Shown: positions 56,408 to 64,000 of the stretch, piece after piece
Layout of the letters: every line of letters begins with the position of its first letter
Numbering within the stretch: position 1 is the first letter of the stretch
From: Fimicolochytrium jonesii
Taxonomy: Eukaryota
Length of the DNA stretch: 64,000 nucleotides
Reading direction: 5' to 3'
Assembly (NCBI RefSeq): GCF_025526975.1
Contig: NW_026515678.1
Location: forward strand, 186,001-250,000
Position numbers and translations under genes: made by a program
Notes under the pieces: generated by a model
The model's database searches: none
The model's input: only the letters and a program-made list of their open reading frames with translations
What the model was told of the DNA's origin: nothing

Positions 56408-58922
56408 ATGCGATTCCTCCTCTACGGGTGCGCGACAGTCGCCCTCACCGGCGCCGTCATCGCAAATGCATGGATGCAGCGGGGGCAGTTTTTCACCGCC
56501 GCCATCCACTTGACGAGATCTAGCTCTAGTCTTATGGTGTGTTTTCGAAAGCCCGCTTTTCCAAAGGCTACGAGTCTGCCTGGCGATATTGACTGACATG
56601 TCCTTCACGGTCTTATACAGGTTCTGTTAAATATGGGTCTGTATGTGACGGTCCTGGCGGGGCGAGCGCTGCAACGACTATTCTTTGGTCGGCTGCGAGC
56701 GTTGGAAGTAGAGGTACGACCGTACATCATACTCTGAGGATAGCTACCGACAGGGGGGCTGGGCGGGATTCGCATCGCCTCACACAACCCTTCCATCCAT
56801 CCCACTATCCAGCATCTCTACGAACGATCATGGTTCGCAGTCACCGAGACCTGTTTAGCCATGACCATCTTCCGCGACCAGTTCGATGTGCGGTTCATCG
56901 TTCTGTTTGCGATGCTGTTACTCGTAAAGATCTTCCATTGGCTGAGCCAGGACCGGGTTGACTTTGTACGTTCTGCAATCTGGGGTTTCTTCGAAGAATG
57001 ATGGAACGGGTTCTGACGTGAAAAGTTCTTTCCACGTATAGATGGAGCAATCACCGAACCCGTCGCTTGGATGGCATTTGCGGATGCAGATCATGATGGC
57101 GTTGCTTACTGTGGTCGACCTGATAATGGTCCTGTATTCCGTACAACATACGACGACGCGTGGGGCGAGCATGATGATCATCTTTGGATTCGAGGTGGGT
57201 ATCCACGTCGGGAAGCGATGTGGGAAGTTGATATATGTGAATGCGCTACTGATATATACTCTCCCCTTGAACGATGTAGTATACGATCCTGCTATCGCTG
57301 ATATTATCGACCTTCGTGAAGTATCTGCTGCACTCTTACGATCTGCGGAGGGATACGCCATGGGAAGAGAAATCGATGTACATATTCTATGTCGATTTGC
57401 TGCATGGTAAGCTACCGCAGCATGTCGTTGCACCACGCGTCAACATGGATGTTAACACTGCCCCATCCACGGTAGACTTTGAGAAACTCGTAACCTACAT
57501 CTGCTTCTTCGCCATCGTCGTGTACTACTACAGTCTCCCCCTGCATATCGTCCGCGATCTCTACATGACCCTCCGCAGTTTTGTCAACCGATGTCGCGAT
57601 CTCATCCAGTACCGCCGCGCCACCGCCAACATGAACGAGCGATACCCCGATGCGACCGTCGAGGATCTCAATGGGACGGATCGTGTGTGTATCATTTGTA
57701 GGGAGGAGATGGAGGTTGCTGCCCAGCAAGCAGCACCAGCGGCGGCGGCGGCGGGTGGGGCGGGTGGAGCGGCTCCGGTGCCACCACAGCAGGATGCGGC
57801 GGGGGCGTCAAATAGACGGCCGGCGGGACACCCAGACACCCCTAAGAAACTGAACTGTGGACATATTTTTCACTTTCATTGTCTGAAGAGCTGGTTGGAG
57901 AGGCAGCAGAGTTGTCCGACGTGTCGGCGGTCGGTGTTGGAGCAACGTGAGTGTTATTTCTTTGCTTGCAAAAATCCGCATCCGCTCAAGGACGCGGAAA
58001 GTTTGCTAAATTGTACAATGCACATATTTCGACAGCCACACCTCCACCAACTGCACCCGCCAACGCCGCAGCAGCAGCAGCAGCCCAACAACAACCACCA
58101 GCAGCAGCAGGAGGGGCACCAGCCCTCCCCAATGCCGACTTCCAAGCCTTCCTCCGCCAACACCAACAACAATTCGCGGGAGGGATGTTCCATGGTCTCG
58201 CGGGTGCTGCCCCGCCACCACAACCACCGCAACCACCACAGCAGCCGGCGGGGAGTAGCAGTGCACCAGGCGCGACGGCGGTGCCGGTGAGAAGTCTCCC
58301 CACCCCGCTGAATACGGCATTCCCGCCACCGCCGCATGTGGGTGCGCCGGGGGTTATGTACCCGATCACGCTCACGCCGCTTATACCGCTGAGTGGGGCT
58401 AATCTTGGGGCTTTGCAAGGTGTGTTTTGCGATGTTTCTGGGTTATCTCATCCACAATGATTGGACTGTATTGCTAACCACAACATCCACCCGACTCCAA
58501 ACGAACCAGCACCCCAAATACAAACCCTCGACCACCTAACCGACGCGCAGCTCCGCGACATGGACGGCCAATCGCGCGAGGCCATCAGCGCACGGATCAG
58601 AGCCCTGCAGAGTGTTCAGAGCCAGATCACGGGGATCATCACCCAGTTGACGCAGATTTCGACGTTGATTCCGCCGCCGAAGATGGCAGCGGGCTCCGGG
58701 GCGAGTGGGGTGGGAGCGGGAGCGGGAGGGGAGGCCAGTGGAGGGTTTTCATCATCATCGTTTGGGACGGGAGTCGGGGTTGGCAAGTCTCATGCCTCGC
58801 CATCATCTTCGGCGGCCGCGGGACCTGAAGAACCCGCGCCAGTAGCTAGGCCCGCCTCATCTTCCGCAACGGAACCGGCAACAGTGAAGCCGGATGATAA
58901 GGGCAAAGGCGTCGCTTTGTAA
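56408..58922 (+). CDS. HRD1: ERAD E3 ubiquitin ligase Hrd1/synoviolin (multi-exon)
   Basis: FFGRLRALEVE|HLYERSWFAVTETCLAMTIFRD, PWEEKSMYIFY, LPLHIVRDLY, NMNERYPDAT, and a RING-H2 CIICREEM...PKKLNCGHIFHFHCLKSWLERQQSCPTCR. Confidence 0.96.
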
Positions 58923-59161
58923 AAAAAAGACCAACTGTACATGTATCAAGAACATAGCTCAACAGCCAGATTTGGCCTGATTGGGAAGGCAAAGGCAATT
59001 AATTCATTGTGTTTCCGTCATGCGGACGTTCTCCCCAAACGGGAGTTAAATCTATAAAGGTTCCGAGCTTTTCATGCACATCCAATACATACGATATGCG
59101 GGCCGCACAGGCACTCCGGCACTCCATCCCCTATTCCAGCCTCTGCGTCTCCCGTCACTAA

Positions 59162-59921
59162 CTACCGCCCATACCCAATCCACACCTTAACTCCCGTACT
59201 ACCCTTCTTATTCACCAACAGACTCTTTGCAAAATCGACATACGAGTCCGCGACACTTCCCGACCCAAGCCGGCCATATCCGTACCGCTGAGTCGCAGAT
59301 CGGTTTCCCCGTCGCCCTGTCACTTCGATACGGAACCCGGTGATTTTCCCGACAGCGTTTCCGTTCTGCAGCGTCGGCGACGGCATGTGGATGTGACGGG
59401 TCAGCACGGCCGGGAGGGGGATATCGGTGAGGTATTCGGCGGTGCGCGGAACGTTCGGGATGCTGGCTGTCAGGACCTGTTCTGTCGATTGTGGTGCGGA
59501 CGATGGGCCCACCGCATCAGACTCGGCTGTGCTCGCCCCCCCTCCCACCGCCGCTTCCCCGTCGGTTTCGCCCTCCGGTGTGTGCGTCTCGGCGACCTTC
59601 AGCACGACGCCCGGCCCGTACCGTCCCGAGCGGGCATACCGCTCCGATCGCAAACGGAGTGGGGTCTGCATGAGTGCTTTGACGGAGGTTGCTGTTGCTG
59701 CTGCTGAGGTCGGTGATGGTTGTTGGGCGAAGGGGTGCGGGATGTATTGGTGGTAGTTGTAGAGTTTGGGTGCTTTTCCCTAAGCGAGAACAAGAACAGT
59801 GAGTATTAGATACGGGCAATCCCTTTCCAGGTTTCCCGTCCAGGTTTCCCCGACTCACCCGTGGTGCGTATGCGCTGACTTTGGATAGTTCCCGTAGGAA
59901 ATGGCTGTAGTTGGTGGTCAT
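59162..59921 (-). CDS. rps3: Nuclear-encoded mitochondrial ribosomal protein uS3m (rps3/Var1-like C-terminal domain); intron 59780-59858
   Basis: C-terminus KITGFRIEVTGRRGNRSA...YGRLG...YVDFAKSLLVNKKGSTGVKVWIGY is the S3 C-terminal domain signature. The in-frame splice GTGAGT...TTAG joins MTTNYSHFLRELSKVSAYAPR to GKAPKLYNY. Confidence 0.75.
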
Positions 59922-60381
59922 TGTGCTGGGTGCTGGAGAAGATCACGCCGGGGGACTAAATCGGTTGCTGCAACGTATCGGGGTCGAAATCTGTGCCGGG
60001 AGAGTAAAGGCAGACGGTAGCGAGGTCGTTCCGGTTGGACTTGATGTAGTAGTGTGTGGGGTTGGTGGGTGCTGCTGGGGATGCCGTTGCTGCCCGTGTT
60101 GCGATTGCCCCCGAACTCAACCCAGTTGCCAGTTGAACGCAACCAAGTACTGTAAGTGCCTGTGCCTTCCCAGAACGAACGTCGCAATTCATTTCCCGGT
60201 CACGTGACTTGTGCGCGTTATATTCCCATCCAGCCCGCCTCCCTCGAGTCCCGTCGCTTTCAACATCCCCCTTCGGAGATCACCGCAGCCGCCTCCCATC
60301 CCCCAACTGTCGCCAAAGGTCTCACGACAGCGCCGACCACCGCACACCCTCCTACGCTTCGCTCCGCAACTCAGCACCACC

Positions 60382-62208
60382 ATGGCGCGGTGGGAACTGC
60401 TCGCCCTCTGGGCAGCTCTCGTTGCCCTGATATCAACAACCCCATCGGCTCTCGCTAAACCCGCTTTTGGATCACGCACTCTTGTCGTGCTTGAGGATGT
60501 GGCCAAGAAGGATACGTATGGGAAATTCTTGAAGGGGTTGGAAGGTAGGTATCGGAAGTTCGCAGAGGGTTGGCTATAAGCGTTGTTCATGGATGGAAAA
60601 TGGTTCGAGTCTTTGGCGCGTTCACATTGCGGGTGGGAAGATGAAGGCGGACGACGAGCGTAGGAGGCAGTGCGAGTGACCAGTGCGTCCACTCTGGAAG
60701 CGATAGTCAGAGTGACAATGAGACTTCTCGTCGAGAAGCGAGCCGGGGATCTTTGTCGTGCATGGGCCCAATCCTATTTTGCGTTTGCGGGAAGATGCAC
60801 CGCGAATTTAACCAGTGCTAACGCTCCCCTCCCAATTCGGAATCGTGCAAACAGAACGCGGACACAATCTCGTGTACAAGTCGGCTTCGGAATCGCAGTT
60901 TAACCTTGTGGCGTTTGACGAGCTGGCGTATGACCATTTCCTGGTCCTCGCGCCACAAGTTAAATGTGAGTAGTCCATTACACTCGCTTCGTATACAGCT
61001 GCGTACAATACGCTGACACTACACCCGTCTCCTCTGCAGCATTAGGGGGCGAGCTCTCTATCTCGCACGTAATTGACTTTGTCAACAAAGGTGGCAACGT
61101 ACTTCTCGCGACATCCTCCTCTATCACCGAAGCCGTGCGCGATGTGGCGTACGAGTTCTCGGCGGACTTCGATGACTCCGGGACGGCCGTGATCGACCAC
61201 TTCAACGCTGTGGACGAAGATCCTACCCTCATCGCCGCTTCCTCCTTCCCCGACAAAAACATCAAAGCCGTCTCAGCGGCAGTGAGGAACGGTGGACCTG
61301 TACTATTCCGGGGTGTTGGGCACAGACTAACGGGCAAGAATCCGTTGATGCAACCGATCTTGATCGGCGCACCTACCACGTACTCGTATTTGAAAGACGA
61401 CGACGAGCCGTTGGAGGGAGGACCACTGGTCGGGAATGGCCTTGTCCTTGTATCTGGGTTGCAAGCGCGCAACAATGCGAGGGTGGTGTTTGCGGGCAGC
61501 GTGGATATGTTTTCTGATGAGTTCATCGACAAGAAGGTTGGAGACAGGCAGAGCGGCAATGCGGACTTTGTGACGGAGCTTGGAAAGTGGGCTTTCCAGG
61601 AAAAGGGAGTCCTGAAAGTGGGTGGGACTTTCCACCACCGTTTGAATGAAACTGCGCAACACGGCATCTACCGCATCAAGGATGACATGGTAAGTGGCAC
61701 AGAATACATTCCCTTTGGTGATTGAGACAAAGATATTGACGCGCTCATCCTTTCCAAAACCCCGCAGGTTTACGAAATCAAAGTAGCAGAATGGACCGGC
61801 GAGAACTGGTCTCCATTCACACCCTCCGACATGCAATTCGAAGCCGTGATGCTTGACCCGTACATCCGCACCCACCTTCGCTCCATCCCCTCCGCCCCGG
61901 GCATCCCGCACCCCTACGCCACCCTTGCCACGCAATTCCGTTTACCCGATCACTACGGCGTCTTCACGTTCAAGGTGGATTACAAGCGCCACGGGTACTC
62001 GTGGCTAGAGGCCGCTGAAACGGTACAGGTGCGGCCGTATAGGCATGACCAGTACCCGAGGTTCTTGACGCCCGCATACCCATATTACGTGAATGTGTTC
62101 AGCATGATGGTTGGGTTTGTGCTGTTCTCCGCCGTGTTCTTGTGGAATAGGGAACCGGGGACGGCGGCTGGGAAGGGGGCAGCTGGCGCTTCCGCTAAAA
62201 GCAAGTAG
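60382..62208 (+). CDS. WBP1: Oligosaccharyltransferase subunit Wbp1/OST48 (multi-exon)
   Basis: Signal peptide, RTLVVLE, GGNVLLA, LVSGLQARNNARVVFAGSVDMFSD, QFRLPDHYGVFTFKVDYKRHGYS, VRPYRHDQYPRF, a TM segment and a C-terminal KSK ER-retrieval-like end. Confidence 0.97.
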
Positions 62209-62970
62209 TAGTGCTCTCGTAGGGTGGGCGATAGTTTGATCTGATGATGCATATAGTCTTTGTAAATGCGCGAAAATGTACATACACTAGCGTCGAAGGA
62301 AGGCGAATAGGGACCGGTGCAGGCGCTCTCAGTTTGTGATTGCTTTGCGCTAGCAAAGAACATACTTTGCTGTAACTGTTTCTACGTATGTTACCCTCGA
62401 GCCCCGTTTCCCGCGTCGCAAGCTATGCGGCGTGTCCTCTGATCTCAACCCGTCTTGCACACCCCACCGCTATTGAGCGGAGCTCAGCAACTCCATCAAC
62501 CGTCTAGCCACATCCACCGGTAACGGTCCCCCGCGGTAAATAAAACTACCGGGTTTTCCCGGCGGTGGGCGGGTTAGGTACTATGCCTGACTCTACGTAA
62601 GGCGCGAATCGTAGTATTCTCCCGCTCATACAGTCGAATTCCAGTGATGAGCAGATCTCCTCAGCGGAGGTGGCCTGGTAGCTTGAGGAACGTGGCGCCG
62701 AGTTGGTACACAGAGAGATCTCCCCAGCCGGAGAAGGTTCGCTAGGTCGTTGTGGTTGATTGCGGCGAGATTTGGTGTTCACTCCACCCGGCCGCTCATC
62801 AGATGGGGTCTCTGCTGATAGAGAATCAATCCAAGCAACCCCTACGAACCAGTCTCGCTCGGTTGCCCAAACCCCCGTTCCCAACGACACCTATGCACCG
62901 CATCACGACTCCACCGTCCTCCTCAACCCCCCCCCTTCCCCGTCCTATCTACACTCCCTTTTCCCGAATA

Positions 62971-63298
62971 CTACGCCGTCTGCCGAACACTCTGATCCTT
63001 CTCCAACGTCTCCCTCAACGCCTCCTGCCGCTCGAGCTCGCGGACGTTTTCGCGCCACTGCGCGCGGCGTTCGTCGTCGCGGACGAGGCCTACTCTCCTC
63101 GTCTAGGCGAATGTCGTACATAACAAATAGACAGAACGTTCGTGGAGGGTTTAGGTGGTGGGTAAAGACGAGCGTAGGACATGGGACAGGGGAGGGGTGT
63201 ACCTGAAAGCTCATATCCTGCCAGTAGTAGACGGCGGCGATGGTGGAGGCTGTGAAGATGCAGGAGGCGGCGAAGGTTGCTTTTGAGCGGGTGGACAT
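62971..63298 (-). CDS. PET117: Cytochrome c oxidase assembly factor Pet117 (intron 63103-63202)
   Basis: MSTRSKATFAASCIFTASTIAAVYYWQDMSFQ|TRRVGLVRDDERRAQWRENVRELERQEALRETLEKDQSV. Confidence 0.9.
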
Positions 63299-64000
63299 GG
63301 CTGGGGTTGGTGTGTGGTGCCGGGGGGTGACTTCGTAAGGTGATAGGTTTCTGTGGGCTCAGCGGCAGTTGCGGTGGCCGAGAAGGAGAGGAGGAGGAGG
63401 AGGTTTGTGCGTACTTGGCGTCTCCGCGGTTCGATGGGGAACTTGACAGTGACAAGCTGTCAAAGTTTCTTGCAGAGGTTTTGCTTCTGGGATGGACGGC
63501 CGTCCATAACACCCGGCCCTTACATCAGGAACTTCCGTCCGAGACGGTCAGCTTTCCAGCCGCAAACGCTCTCAAGAAGGTACTGTATTGTTTTGATGCA
63601 GGAGTTTGTCATGACGTACTCAAGGAACCAACAACCGACAACACTTTCAACACGCGGCCAGCATTCTTATCCGTTGCTGCTCTTTGGAATGGACGACTGA
63701 CCTGTCCCGCCGCACCGGAAGAGGAAGTCGCTTCCATCTCCACATGGTTTTTTCCTGTGGTACGACCCCAGCGGCACCTCGCTGGTGATCCCTGGGCTGG
63801 AACTTGTAAAGCCAGTCCGACCAACACGCCGAACTTCAAGTCCTTGGCCCAATGGGGAAAGGGCACAAAAAGAAGACCACCTTCACTGCGTCCTTCGGGA
63901 AACATGTATACCTAGGCGCGACCTAGCATGTATGCTTACTGGCGCACTTGCTGAGGAAAACTTGAAGTGCTGTCGCCTATTGGCGCCTATTGGCGCCTGA

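Noticed and set aside
27010..63298. Functional clustering of mitochondrial genes (ATP1, Aim18-like, rps3, PET117) or ER genes (HRD1, WBP1)
   Set aside because: These are common functional classes interspersed with unrelated genes, so chance is sufficient.
63340..63915. 191-aa ORF at the window end and a 10-bp tandem repeat (CGCCTATTGG) near 63974
   Set aside because: Non-ATG start, no recognisable motif, and the context is cut off by the window edge.

Overview
This is eukaryotic nuclear DNA: gene-dense, with short GT-AG introns, TATA boxes and a Pol III tRNA gene. The gene content and style point to an early-diverging fungus, probably chytrid-like (inference). Conserved housekeeping genes: EBP-type sterol isomerase, PKA catalytic subunit, SER1, an Edc1/PNRC-like decapping activator, an Aim18/46-like protein, ATP1, a GH2 beta-mannosidase, HRD1, WBP1, PET117, a nuclear intron-containing mitochondrial uS3 (rps3/var1-like) gene and tRNA-Ala(UGC). 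Three accessory patches stand out. (1) At about 32.1-36.4 kb, a cytosolic actinoporin-like gene faces head-to-head a decayed Zn-finger paralog, followed by an intact, intronless protein that fuses Zn-finger repeats and TRAF-type fingers to a MALT1/paracaspase-type protease. This is a candidate protease plus pore-former defence or cell-death module and the best candidate for a new system here. (2) At about 10.1-11.8 kb, a tRNA gene, degenerate repeats and an Mrr-like PD-(D/E)xK restriction-endonuclease-fold gene lie together. (3) At 44.5-52.8 kb, a giant DUF3638/DUF3645 P-loop gene is broken by three 1-nt frameshifts and an apparent deletion at a 12-bp direct repeat. Two window-wide patterns are a recurrent intergenic TACAGTA/TACTGTA element and a C-rich-to-G-rich polarity inside core-gene exons. 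All family calls come from motif recognition by eye; no searches were run. Exon boundaries are manual predictions.
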